Positions 1-10,341 of a stretch of 64,000 nt of DNA are shown in pieces. The notes beneath the pieces were generated by a model that had not been told where the DNA came from, made no database searches, and worked only from the letters and a program-made list of their open reading frames with translations. Origin of the DNA: an uncultured Acidobacteriota bacterium (lineage in GTDB: Bacteria; Acidobacteriota; Vicinamibacteria; Vicinamibacterales; JAKQTR01); the NCBI GenBank assembly GCA_963809475.1, contig CAWEJS010000001.1, positions 410,125 to 474,124 on the forward strand, read 5' to 3'. Both the position numbers and the translations under genes were made by a program. The number at the start of each line of letters is the position of its first letter. Position 1 is the first letter of the stretch.

Positions 1-1
1 G

Positions 2-259
2 GCCGCGCGCGAACTGCTGTTCAACATGCCGTCGGTCGGCGCGCTGATCGCCGAAGGGAAGATCGGCCAGCTCCCGCTGGCGATCGACTCGGGCCGGAAG
101 TACGGGATGGTGCCGATGAACGACGTGCTGCTCGCCTTCGTGCAGAGCGGCGCCGTGGACCCCCGCGAGGCCTACCGCAAGGCGTACGACCGCGTCGCGT
201 TCCTCGATCTGCTGAAACGGGAAGGCATCGACACGTCGTTCGTCGAGCGCCTGGCGTAG
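2..259 (+). CDS. PilT/PilU-family pilus retraction ATPase, C-terminal fragment (5' end outside window)
   Basis: The ORF is open to the window edge. The tail (LIAEGKIGQLPLAIDSGRKYGMVPMNDVLLAFVQSGAVDPREA) resembles the conserved PilT C-terminus (REGK..Q...Q.G...GM.T). Confidence 0.55.
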   Translation, partial: AARELLFNMPSVGALIAEGKIGQLPLAIDSGRKYGMVPMNDVLLAFVQSGAVDPREAYRKAYDRVAFLDLLKREGIDTSFVERLA

Positions 260-263
260 CCGC

Positions 264-698
264 TCATCGCTCGATCAACTCCGCCATCGACTCCAGCAAC
301 GCCGCGAGCACCTGCTCGTCCGTGATCGCGTCAACGGGCGTGCCCTCGGCCACCGGCCGCTCGTCGGCGAGCACGCGGCGGCCGCGCTCGCGCCCCACCT
401 CGGCGACAACCTGGGGGACGGCGCCCGCCGTGTCGAGACGGATCTCGACGTACGTCCGGCCCGATCGATCGGACGTCATCCGCACCGCGCCGCCGGGGGT
501 CGTGACCCGGTACGGATAGCCCTCGGCCGACAGGCTCTGGGCCACGGCAGTGACCGTCGGCGTCGCGACGTTCGCCAGGAACGTCTCGTACGCGCGCCCG
601 GCGGCGTCGACCTTCTCGCGGCGGGCGGCGGCAGCGCGCTTGACGTCGGCCAGGCGCACCTGCACGCGGCGGCGGATCTGGACCAGTTCCAACGGCAT
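264..698 (-). CDS. hypothetical protein
   Basis: 144-aa ORF with coding-like composition, fitted between neighbouring genes. No motif recognised. Confidence 0.45.
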   Translation of the reverse strand: MPLELVQIRRRVQVRLADVKRAAAARREKVDAAGRAYETFLANVATPTVTAVAQSLSAEGYPYRVTTPGGAVRMTSDRSGRTYVEIRLDTAGAVPQVVAEVGRERGRRVLADERPVAEGTPVDAITDEQVLAALLESMAELIER

Positions 699-786
699 GG
701 GTTCTACTCCACTTGCCCGGGCGGCACACGGGCCGCCGCGGGACCGATCGCCTGCATCATCTCACGCGCGGCCGGTCTCGAGTTTG

Positions 787-1899
787 TCAGCCCCTCGCCG
801 GGCCCGAGGACGCATCGGCGCCGCCCAGCCCTCTGGCGATGGTCACGAGATCGGTCAGGAGCGCGTAGGCCGTCTGCAGCAATCCCCCGCTGAGCTGCTG
901 GATGCCGACGGGGCCGAGAAGGTCCGTGTTCAGCACGAGCTGGTTCTGCAGCCCGGTGAGGTTCGCGAGCGGGTCCGACCCGTCCAGTTCAACCGGCGCC
1001 ACCCGCCCGACGGCGCGCCCGTCGAGGCGCTCGGCGCTCGCCACGAGCCGGATCCGCTTGCCCCGCAGGACGGCATCGAGCACGTGCTCGCGCGTGACGT
1101 CCCGGATGCCGGTCCGGTCGATCGTATGCGGCGTGGCGGACCCCTTCATGAGTACGTTGACGAGGGCGGCGGTCTTCGCGGCGGCATCCCACCCGTCAAT
1201 GTCGAGCGACGGATCGGCCTCGGCGATGCCGGCGCTCTGCATCTCGGCCACGGCGTGCTCGAAACTGCGGCCCGCCTCCATCGCCGTCAGGACGAAGTTC
1301 GCCGTCGCGTTGATGACGCCGCGAAAGCCGAGGATATCGACGGCCGGCAGCGTCTCGCGCACGAGATTGAACACCGGGATGCCGTCCATGACGGCCCCTT
1401 CGAAGAGGAACCGCCGGCGGGCCATCTCGGCCGTCGAGAGGATCTCGCGGCACGCGAAGGCGACGGGACCCTTGTTGGCGGTGACGACGTGCGCGCCGCC
1501 GCGAAGCGCCGCGATGACGTGGTCCGTCGCCGGCTGCCCGCGCTCGATGTCGAGCACGGTCGTTTCCACGACGACCAGGTGCTGCATCCGGCGCGCCTTG
1601 GCCTCGGAGGTGGCGTGCTTGATGAGGTCGAGCCCGGTCGCATCGGGCGCGATGGTGCGTCCGCTCTCGGGCCCGATGAGCGCGCCGATCGGCGCGCCGG
1701 CCTCGGCCAGGCGGAGCGCCTTGACCACGTCGAGCCCCCGCGCGTCGTAGGCCGACCCGTGGCGCTTCGTCGCGATGCCCACCACGCGCCAGCTGAGGTC
1801 GTGCTCGCCCCGCAGGCGCACGGACTTCTCGTCCAGCAGCGCGGCGAAACGCCGGCCCACGTTGCCGAACCCGACGAGCAGCAGGTCGAGATAGACCAT
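787..1899 (-). CDS. hom: homoserine dehydrogenase
   Basis: N-terminal Rossmann motif (LLLVGFGNVGRRF). Central VTANKGP and FEGAVMDGIPV motifs are typical of homoserine dehydrogenase. Confidence 0.85.
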   Translation of the reverse strand: MVYLDLLLVGFGNVGRRFAALLDEKSVRLRGEHDLSWRVVGIATKRHGSAYDARGLDVVKALRLAEAGAPIGALIGPESGRTIAPDATGLDLIKHATSEAKARRMQHLVVVETTVLDIERGQPATDHVIAALRGGAHVVTANKGPVAFACREILSTAEMARRRFLFEGAVMDGIPVFNLVRETLPAVDILGFRGVINATANFVLTAMEAGRSFEHAVAEMQSAGIAEADPSLDIDGWDAAAKTAALVNVLMKGSATPHTIDRTGIRDVTREHVLDAVLRGKRIRLVASAERLDGRAVGRVAPVELDGSDPLANLTGLQNQLVLNTDLLGPVGIQQLSGGLLQTAYALLTDLVTIARGLGGADASSGPARG

Positions 1900-1916
1900 G
1901 GCTCAGCCCGGACCGC

Positions 1917-3062
1917 TCACGGGCGCGCCCTCGCGGCGCCCGGTATCGAACGGAGCAGGTCCGCCAGGCGATCGAGGCCATCGCGGAGGTACCGGGTCTC
2001 GCTGCCGAAGCCGATTCGCAGGTAGCCGTCCATGCCGAAGTGGTCGCCCGGCACGATCAGGACGCTCTTCTCGACGCGCAGGCGCTCCACGAGGTCGGTC
2101 GAGTTGACGGCGTCGCGGTAACGCACGTACACGATCGCGCCTGCCTCCGGCGGCGCGTAGCTGAAGCGGTCCTGGTGCGCGTCCAGCCAGCCCGTGATGA
2201 CGGGCAGGTTCGACAGAAGAATCCGCCGCGTCCGCGCGAGGATCTTCGCGCGCGTCGCGGGCTGGAGCGCGATGCACGCCAGGCGGTCGCTCAGAGTGCC
2301 CGGGGCGATGCTCGTGTAGTCGTGCCGCGACCACGTGGCCGCCACGAACTCCGGCGTACTCGCGATCCACCCGATGCGGAGCCCGGGCAGGCCGTAGGCC
2401 TTCGACAAGCCGCTCGTGATGACGGCGCGCTCATAGCGGCCCCAGACCGAGGGCGTCTCGATGCCGTCGAGTTCGGCGCCGCGGTAGATCTCGTCGGACA
2501 GCACCCAGGCGCCGACGCTCCCGGCGATCCGGCAGATGTCGTCGAGGTCGGTCGCGGGGATGCGCGCGCCGGTCGGGTTGTTCGGGTTGCACAGGATGAC
2601 GACGCGCGTCCTGGCCGTGACGAGGCGGCGCAGCTCGTCGAGGTCCGCGTGCCAGCGGCGGCCGTCCGCCGAGAGCCGCAGCGGCCAGGGCTTCAGGACG
2701 CCGCCGAAGCCCTCCGCGAGGCCCAGCGTCTGCCCGTAGTTCGGCACCATGCACACCACTTCGTCGTCCGGCTGGACGAGGTGCCACATCGACACGAAGT
2801 TCGCCTCGGAGCCGCCGTTCGTGACCTCTACGTGCTCCGCCGTCGCGCCCGGATACATGGCCGCGATGCGCTCGCGGAGCGCGACGGTGCCGTTCGACTG
2901 GTTATAGACGAGCTCCTGGCCGAGGAAGCCGTCCCGATCGGCCGCGCCGTCGAGCAGGTCCTCCACCCGCATCGGGTGCACGCCGCTTTCGGAGAGGTTG
3001 TAGTCCACGAGGTTCTCCCACGTGGACTGCATGCGTTCCATCGCAAACAGAGGGAGAAGCAT
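1917..3062 (-). CDS. PLP-dependent aminotransferase, class I/II
   Basis: 381 aa with NPNNPTG and SGLSKAYGLPGLRIGW (PLP-lysine region), both hallmarks of fold-type I aminotransferases. Confidence 0.8.
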   Translation of the reverse strand: MLLPLFAMERMQSTWENLVDYNLSESGVHPMRVEDLLDGAADRDGFLGQELVYNQSNGTVALRERIAAMYPGATAEHVEVTNGGSEANFVSMWHLVQPDDEVVCMVPNYGQTLGLAEGFGGVLKPWPLRLSADGRRWHADLDELRRLVTARTRVVILCNPNNPTGARIPATDLDDICRIAGSVGAWVLSDEIYRGAELDGIETPSVWGRYERAVITSGLSKAYGLPGLRIGWIASTPEFVAATWSRHDYTSIAPGTLSDRLACIALQPATRAKILARTRRILLSNLPVITGWLDAHQDRFSYAPPEAGAIVYVRYRDAVNSTDLVERLRVEKSVLIVPGDHFGMDGYLRIGFGSETRYLRDGLDRLADLLRSIPGAARARP

Positions 3063-3083
3063 GATGGAAGTGTACCCGATTAG

Positions 3084-3133
3084 CTCGGGACTCGGGGCTC
3101 GGGATTCGGGGATCGGGATTCGCGGTTCGGCGG
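3084..3133 (+). repeat. G-tract array (CTCGGGACTCGGGGCTCGGGATTCGGGGATCGGG...), G-quadruplex-type motif
   Basis: At least five G3-4 tracts separated by 3-4 nt in the divergent intergenic region. It starts with the same CTCGGGACTCGGG as the array at 6132. Confidence 0.7.
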
Positions 3134-3145
3134 TATCCTGCTGAC

Positions 3146-4315
3146 GTGCGTGAACTGCCTCCCCTGACCCGCGAAGAGCTCGCCCGTTACGCCCGGCACA
3201 TGACGCTGCCGGATGTCGGCCTCGAAGGCCAGCGGAGGCTGAAGGCGGCGCGCGTCCTGTGCGTGGGCGCCGGAGGCCTGGGCTCGCCGGCCAGCATGTA
3301 CCTGGCCGCCGCCGGCGTGGGCACGCTCGGCGTGGTGGATGGCGACGTGGTCGACGCGAGCAACCTGCAGCGGCAGATCCTGCACGACACGGCCCGCGTG
3401 GGCGATCGGAAGGTGGCGTCGGCGCGAGACCGCCTGAAGGCCCTCAACCCGAACGTGACCGTCGAGACGCACTTCATCCAGCTGTCGGCCGCGACTGCGC
3501 TCGACATCCTCGGACGCTACGACGTCGTCCTCGACGGGTCGGACAACTTCCCCACGCGCTACCTGGTGAACGACGCGTGCGTGATGTTGGGGAAGCCGGA
3601 CGCGTTCGGCGCCGTCTTCAGGTTCGAAGGGCAGGCGGCCGTGTTTGGCGTGAAGAACGGCCCGTGCTACCGGTGCGTGTTTCCCGAGCCGCCGCCGCCC
3701 GATCTCGTACCGTCCTGCGCCGAGGCCGGTGTGTTCGGCGTGCTGCCGGGCATCATCGGCACCATCCAGGCCACCGAGGTGATCAAGCTGGTCCTGGAGA
3801 TCGGCGAGCCTCTCGTGGGACGCATGGTGGTGTACGACGCCCTTGGCATGACGTTCCGGGAGTTGAAGATCCCGAAAGACCCGGACTGCGCCGTGTGCGG
3901 CACGCACCCGACCGTGCGGACCCTCATCGACTACAACGCCTTCTGCGGGCTCGGCACGACCAAGAACGGCGCTGCGCCTGTCGCGGCGGCGGACGCGGAT
4001 CCCGTGATGACCGTCGACGAGTTGAAGGCGAGGATCGACCGCGGCGATCGGCCTTTCCTGCTCGACGTCCGCGAGCCTCTCGAGCACGATCTCGTACGCC
4101 TCGAGGACGATCTCCTCATCCCGATGGGCGAACTGGCGGCCCGCCAGCACGAACTGGATCCCGACCGCGAGATCGTCGTGTATTGCCACCACGGGAACCG
4201 GAGCGGCAGGGCCACCGCGTTCCTCCAGCGTCAGGGGTTCCATCGCGCCCGCAATCTCCGCGGCGGCATCGAGGAATGGGCGGCGAAGATCGACCCGTCT
4301 CTCCCTCGATACTGA
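3146..4315 (+). CDS. moeB: molybdopterin-synthase/ThiS adenylyltransferase (MoeB/ThiF family) with C-terminal rhodanese domain
   Basis: Contains the GAGGLGS nucleotide loop, DxVDxSNLQRQ, CxxC pairs (CYRC, CAVC), and a C-terminal rhodanese active-site loop (CHHGNRS). Confidence 0.85.
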   Translation: MRELPPLTREELARYARHMTLPDVGLEGQRRLKAARVLCVGAGGLGSPASMYLAAAGVGTLGVVDGDVVDASNLQRQILHDTARVGDRKVASARDRLKALNPNVTVETHFIQLSAATALDILGRYDVVLDGSDNFPTRYLVNDACVMLGKPDAFGAVFRFEGQAAVFGVKNGPCYRCVFPEPPPPDLVPSCAEAGVFGVLPGIIGTIQATEVIKLVLEIGEPLVGRMVVYDALGMTFRELKIPKDPDCAVCGTHPTVRTLIDYNAFCGLGTTKNGAAPVAAADADPVMTVDELKARIDRGDRPFLLDVREPLEHDLVRLEDDLLIPMGELAARQHELDPDREIVVYCHHGNRSGRATAFLQRQGFHRARNLRGGIEEWAAKIDPSLPRY

Positions 4316-4371
4316 CGCCCTGCCCCTTACTCCTTGCCACTTGTCCCTAGCTTCCCTGCGGGAATGGCGAC

Positions 4372-4400
4372 TTGACCGGTCCTGGATTCAGAGCTAATAT
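4372..4400 (+). promoter_or_regulatory. sigma70-type promoter of the isc operon (TTGACC-N17-TAATAT)
   Basis: TTGACC at 4372..4377 and TAATAT at 4395..4400 with a 17-nt spacer, about 35 nt upstream of the iscR ATG. Confidence 0.6.
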
Positions 4401-4419
4401 AGGACTAGTGGGGTCGTAT
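4399..4419 (+). promoter_or_regulatory. palindromic operator candidate (ATAGGAC-N7-GTCGTAT), likely IscR/Rrf2 autoregulatory site
   Basis: Inverted repeat overlapping the -10 box and start site. It resembles the half-site architecture of IscR type-1 sites. Confidence 0.45.
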
Positions 4420-4433
4420 TTGGACGGTTACGT

Positions 4434-4901
4434 ATGTTGAGACTGTCGAAAAAGGCGGACTACGCGCTCATCGCTGTGGCTCACCTGGCCAAAAAGCCGG
4501 GGTCGGCAAGCGCCCGGGAGATCGCGGAGAAGTACGAGATCCCGACGGAACTGCTGGCCAAGGTGCTGCAGCGGCTGGTCCGGCGCGGCCTGCTATCGTC
4601 CCAGCAGGGCGCGCGCGGCGGCTACCAGCTGGCGCACGCGGCCGCCGGCATCTCGGTGGCCGACGTCATCCAGGCGATCGACGGGCCGGTCTCGGTGACG
4701 GCGTGCGCGGCGCACGGCGATCGGTGCAGCCAGTTCGCGAAGTGCAATGTGCGGGATCCGCTCTGGCGCATCTCCGACATCATCCTGTCGGCGCTCTCGA
4801 GGACGACCGTGTCGGAGCTGGCCAGGGACGTCGCGGTCCCGGCGCCGCACGCCGCCCACGGCAGGCACGTGCACGTCCTGCCGACTCCCGTTCGCGCGTA
4901 G
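4434..4901 (+). CDS. iscR: Rrf2-family transcriptional regulator IscR
   Basis: Rrf2 N-terminus ([15 protein letters not shown]...), a wHTH, and three clustered Cys (C-x6-C-x5-C) for an Fe-S cluster. It is the first gene of the isc operon. Confidence 0.85.
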   Translation: MLRLSKKADYALIAVAHLAKKPGSASAREIAEKYEIPTELLAKVLQRLVRRGLLSSQQGARGGYQLAHAAAGISVADVIQAIDGPVSVTACAAHGDRCSQFAKCNVRDPLWRISDIILSALSRTTVSELARDVAVPAPHAAHGRHVHVLPTPVRA

Positions 4902-4912
4902 ACGAGGCCGTC

Positions 4913-6131
4913 ATGCTGAAGTTCCCGATCTATTTCGACAATCAGGCGACGACGCCGGTGGACCCGCGGGTCCTCGAGGCGATGCTGCCGTACTTCACGG
5001 AGCGCTTCGGCAATGCCGCCAGCCGCAACCACAAGTACGGCTGGGAGGCGGAAGAGGCGGTCGAGCAGGGGCGCAAGCAGGTCGCGGACCTCATCGGCGC
5101 GAGCGCGAAGGAGATTGTCTTCACGAGCGGCGCCACCGAGTCCGACAATCTCGCAATCAAGGGCGCGGCATCGATGTATCGCGAGAAGGGCGACCACATC
5201 ATCACGGCGGTCACCGAGCACAAGGCAGTCATCGACACCTGCAAGCGCCTCGAGAAGGACGGCTTCCGGGTGACGTACCTGCCGGTGAAGAAGGACGGGC
5301 TCATCGACCTCGACCAGTTGCGCGCGGCGATCACCGACAAGACGATCCTCGTCACGATCATGGCGGCGAACAACGAGATCGGCGTGCTGCAGCCGATCGC
5401 GGAAATTGGGGCGATCGCAAAGGAGAAGGGGATCCTCTTCCACACGGACGCGGTCCAGGCGAGCGGGGAAGGTGCCCTTCGACGTGAACGCGGCGAACGT
5501 GCACATGGCGTCGCTCAGCGCGCACAAGCTGTACGGCCCGAAGGGCGTGGGCGCCCTCTACGTGCGGCGCCGCAATCCGCGGGTGCTGTTGACGCCGATC
5601 CTCGACGGCGGCGGCCACGAGCGGGGCATGCGCTCCGGCACCCTCAACGTCCCGGGCATCGTCGGGTTCGGCAAGGCGGCGGAACTGTGCCGCCTCGAGA
5701 TGGCGGCCGAGAGCGTCCGGGTCGGGGCCCTGCGCGACCGGCTGAACGACAAACTGCACGCGGGCCTCGACCAGCTCTACATCAACGGCTCGATGGAGCG
5801 CCGCCTGCCCGGCAATCTGAACATCAGCTTCGCCTACGTCGAGGGCGAGTCGCTGCTGATGGGCATCAACGACGTGGCGGTGTCGTCGGGCTCGGCGTGC
5901 ACCTCGGCGAGCCTGGAGCCGTCCTACGTGTTGAAGGCCCTCGGGACGGGCGACGAACTGGCGCACTCGTCGATCCGGTTCGGCCTCGGGCGCTTCAACA
6001 CGGAAGAGGAAGTGGATTACGTCGTGGCCAAACTCGTGAGCGTGGTGAGCAAGCTGCGCGAGATGTCGCCCCTCTACGAGATGGCCCGGGAAGGCGTGGA
6101 CCTGTCGAAGATGCAGTGGCAGGCGCACTAA
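4913..6131 (+). pseudogene. iscS: cysteine desulfurase IscS interrupted by a +1 frameshift in a GGGG run (5465..5468)
   Basis: The N-terminal 184 codons are in frame 2 ([24 protein letters not shown]...[10 protein letters not shown]). The rest is in frame 0 ([26 protein letters not shown]...[19 protein letters not shown]...). Deleting one G restores a continuous IscS with the PLP-Lys (SAHK) and the catalytic Cys loop (SSGSAC). Confidence 0.85.
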
Positions 6132-6173
6132 CTCGGGACTCGGGCCTCGGGCCTCGGGGTCCGGGGTCCGGGC
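6132..6173 (+). repeat. G-tract array (CTCGGGACTCGGGCCTCGGGCCTCGGGGTCCGGGGTCCGGG) in the iscS-iscU spacer
   Basis: Six G3-4 tracts with 3-4 nt loops on the sense strand, directly after the iscS stop codon. It shares its first 13 nt with the array at 3084. Confidence 0.7.
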
Positions 6174-6207
6174 CTGACGACTCGCGGATAGATACGGAGA
6201 TAGCGCG

Positions 6208-6606
6208 ATGGCGTATTCGGACAAGGTCGTGGATCACTTCAACAACCCGCGGAACGTGGGATCGCTGCCCAAGCAGGACCCGACGGTGGGCACGGGCCTG
6301 GTCGGCGCCCCCGAGTGCGGCGACGTGATGAAGCTGCAGGTCAAGGTCAACCCGGAGACGGGCGTGATTGACGAGGCCAGGTTCAAGACGTTCGGGTGCG
6401 GTTCGGCGATTGCCAGTTCGAGCTTGGCCACCGAGTGGCTGAAGGGCAAGACGGTGGATCAGGCGCTCGAGATCAAGAACACGGACATCGTGGCCGAATT
6501 GTCGCTGCCGCCGGTGAAGATCCACTGCTCCGTGCTGGCCGAGGACGCGATCAAGGCGGCGATCGCGGACTACAAGCAGAAGCAGCGGGCCGGGGGCCAG
6601 CTATGA
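6208..6606 (+). CDS. iscU: Fe-S cluster assembly scaffold IscU
   Basis: [43 protein letters not shown] and [13 protein letters not shown] are canonical IscU motifs with the three Cys ligands. Confidence 0.95.
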   Translation: MAYSDKVVDHFNNPRNVGSLPKQDPTVGTGLVGAPECGDVMKLQVKVNPETGVIDEARFKTFGCGSAIASSSLATEWLKGKTVDQALEIKNTDIVAELSLPPVKIHCSVLAEDAIKAAIADYKQKQRAGGQL

Positions 6607-6929
6607 TCACCGTGACGGATCAGGCGTCGGCGCAGATCCGGAAGCTCATGGCCAAGCAGGGGCTCACCGAGGGCGGCCTGCGCGTGGGCATCAAGGGCGG
6701 CGGCTGCTCGGGCCTGAGCTACACCTTCAGCTGGGAGAAGGAAGCGCGCCTCGGCGACGAGGTCATCGACGGCCCGGGCGGCACGAGGATCTTCGTGGAC
6801 AAGAAGAGCCTTCTCTACCTGAATGGCACGACGCTGGACTACGACTCGGCGCTGATGGGAAAGGGGCTGCACTTTATCAACCCCAACGCCAAGGCCTCGT
6901 GCGGCTGCGGCAGTTCGTTCACGGTGTAA
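6603..6929 (+). CDS. iscA: iron-sulfur cluster insertion protein IscA (A-type carrier)
   Basis: ATGA overlap with the iscU stop. GGGCSG motif and C-terminal CGCGSSF. Confidence 0.9.
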   Translation: MITVTDQASAQIRKLMAKQGLTEGGLRVGIKGGGCSGLSYTFSWEKEARLGDEVIDGPGGTRIFVDKKSLLYLNGTTLDYDSALMGKGLHFINPNAKASCGCGSSFTV

Positions 6930-7013
6930 TGCGTCCACGCCGGCTGGTGAGCGCCGGCTCGCAGGTGTGCCCGGACCGGATCACCACGGCCCCCAAGCCG
7001 GCCCGGGCGCAGT

Positions 7014-7054
7014 GAAGCCCCGCCGGGGACACCCGGCGGGGCTTCCTCTTGTTT
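7014..7054 (+). terminator. intra-operon hairpin with T-rich tail (attenuator/partial terminator) between iscA and hscB
   Basis: Perfect 14-bp stem (GAAGCCCCGCCGGG, loop GACA, CCCGGCGGGGCTTC) followed by CTCTTGTTT. Confidence 0.6.
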
Positions 7055-7060
7055 CACGAT

Positions 7061-7767
7061 ATGCAGCCCGATACCAACGCCGTTCCCATCGACAAGTGCA
7101 AGCACTGCGGCACGGAAGCCCCGGTGGACGTCCACGTCTGCCCGCGCTGCGAGAAGATCCTGACCCTGGGCCGCCACGGAGACTACTTCACGTTCCTTGC
7201 GCTCCGGCGCCGGCTGCACCTGGATCTCAAGGACCTCGATCAGCGTTTCCGCGCGCTCAGCCGGCTGTTCCATCCGGACTACTTCCAGAACGCGTCGCCC
7301 ACGGAGCGCCTGGCCAGCCTGGAGCGGTCCTCGTATCTCAACGACGCCTTCCGCACGCTGCGCGACCCGGTGACGCGCCTCGAGTACCTCCTGAAACTCG
7401 AAGGGTTCCTGCCGAAGGAGTCGCGTGACGCGACGAACGCTGTGCCCCAAGGGCTGCTCGAGAGGGTCTTCGCGCTGAATGAAGAGCTGGAGGCCATCCA
7501 GGAGATGCGGCAGGAGGGCGCCGCGCCCGAGGCGGTGGCCGAACGCCTCGACGCGGCGCGCGTGCCCATCGAGGCGCACCTGGCGGATCACGAGCGCCGG
7601 CTCGCGGAGCTGGCCGGAGTCCACGACGCACAACTTGAGGCCGGCGACGTGGCTGGCCGCCGCGAGACGCTGGCCTCGCTTCGGACGCTGCTCCTCGAGC
7701 GGACGTACCTCGCGAACCTCCTGGCGACCGTCAGGCGCGAGATGAACGGCGGCGAGGCGGCCCGGCT

Positions 7768-7771
<4 letters not shown>
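7061..7771 (+). CDS. hscB: co-chaperone HscB with N-terminal CxxC...CxxC zinc-ribbon
   Basis: J-domain ([29 protein letters not shown]), preceded by CKHCG...CPRCE. An ATG at 7061 is preferred over the TTG at 7049, which lies inside the terminator tail. Confidence 0.8.
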
Positions 7772-9636
<1,865 letters not shown>

Positions 9637-10065
9637 ATGCCGAGAGTCACCTTCATCGTGGACGGCGAGGAGCGGATCCTGCACGTGGACCTGGCGTCGC
9701 TGCCGTACTCCCATCACGGCCTGCGGGGATCGCTGCTCGACATCGCCAAGAACCTCGACATCCCCCTGGAGCACGCCTGCGGCGGGAACTGCGCCTGCAC
9801 GACCTGCCACGTCATCGTGCGCGAAGGCGCGCAGCACCTGAGCGACATGCAGGACGACGAGACGGATCGCCTGGACTCCGCGTGGGACGTGACCCCGCAG
9901 TCCCGCCTCGGGTGCCAGGCCGTCGTGAGCGGCGACGTGGTGTGCGAGATCCCGGCATATACCCGCAACTACGTCCAGGAGGGTGGCGCGATCCAGTTGG
10001 GGAAGGGCGCCAGACCGCGTCCGGGACCGCGGGACGCGGCGGCGAGGCAGGAGGTGCGGCCGTGA
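9637..10065 (+). CDS. fdx: ISC-type [2Fe-2S] ferredoxin
   Basis: ACGGNCACTTCHV...RLGCQ cluster-ligand pattern, located after hscA. It has a roughly 30-aa basic/Pro-rich C-terminal extension. Confidence 0.9.
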   Translation: MPRVTFIVDGEERILHVDLASLPYSHHGLRGSLLDIAKNLDIPLEHACGGNCACTTCHVIVREGAQHLSDMQDDETDRLDSAWDVTPQSRLGCQAVVSGDVVCEIPAYTRNYVQEGGAIQLGKGARPRPGPRDAAARQEVRP

Positions 10066-10271
10066 GATGGACCGATTCCGAGGACATCGGCATCGCGCTG
10101 GACGAGAAGTTCCCGGACGAGGATCCCCTGACGCTCCGGTTCACTGACCTGCGCCGGCGCGTGCTCGACCTCGACGGTTTTGCCGACGATCCCCATGCCT
10201 CGAACGAACCGAAACTCGAGGCGATCCAGATGGCGTGGTTCGAGGAACGAAAAGCCCGCCTGGGGGAGTAG
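10062..10271 (+). CDS. iscX: Fe-S assembly protein IscX (YfhJ)
   Basis: GTG start in a GTGA overlap with the fdx stop. VRWTDSEDIGIALDEKFPDEDPLTLRFTDL...DDPHASNEPKLEAIQMAW matches the IscX signature (KWTDS..IG..L....P..DP..VRFTD...DDP.ASNE..LEAI). Confidence 0.75.
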   Translation: MRWTDSEDIGIALDEKFPDEDPLTLRFTDLRRRVLDLDGFADDPHASNEPKLEAIQMAWFEERKARLGE

Positions 10272-10341
10272 AATCACGGGCGGGTCTGGCTCGGGGCCGT
10301 CCACATCCGGCCAGCCGGACCCGGGAGGCGTCAGAAGCGAT

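Noticed and set aside
550-2025. Long plus-strand ORF (491 aa) antisense to homoserine dehydrogenase. There are many similar long ORFs, for example 3080..4243 (-), 7588..9837 (-), 13461..16019 (+), 16210..18060 (+), 33992..35398 (-), 49368..51128 (-) and 51154..53748 (+).
   Set aside because: These are Arg/Pro/Gly/Ala-rich low-complexity translations with no motifs. Each lies opposite or out of frame to a gene with clear family signatures, which is typical of stop-codon-poor shadow ORFs in GC-rich DNA.
9637-10065. The C-terminal ~30-aa Pro/Arg-rich extension of ferredoxin as a possible separate feature or frameshift.
   Set aside because: The frame is continuous, and the stop overlaps the iscX GTG in a typical coupling arrangement. 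There is no evidence of a lesion.
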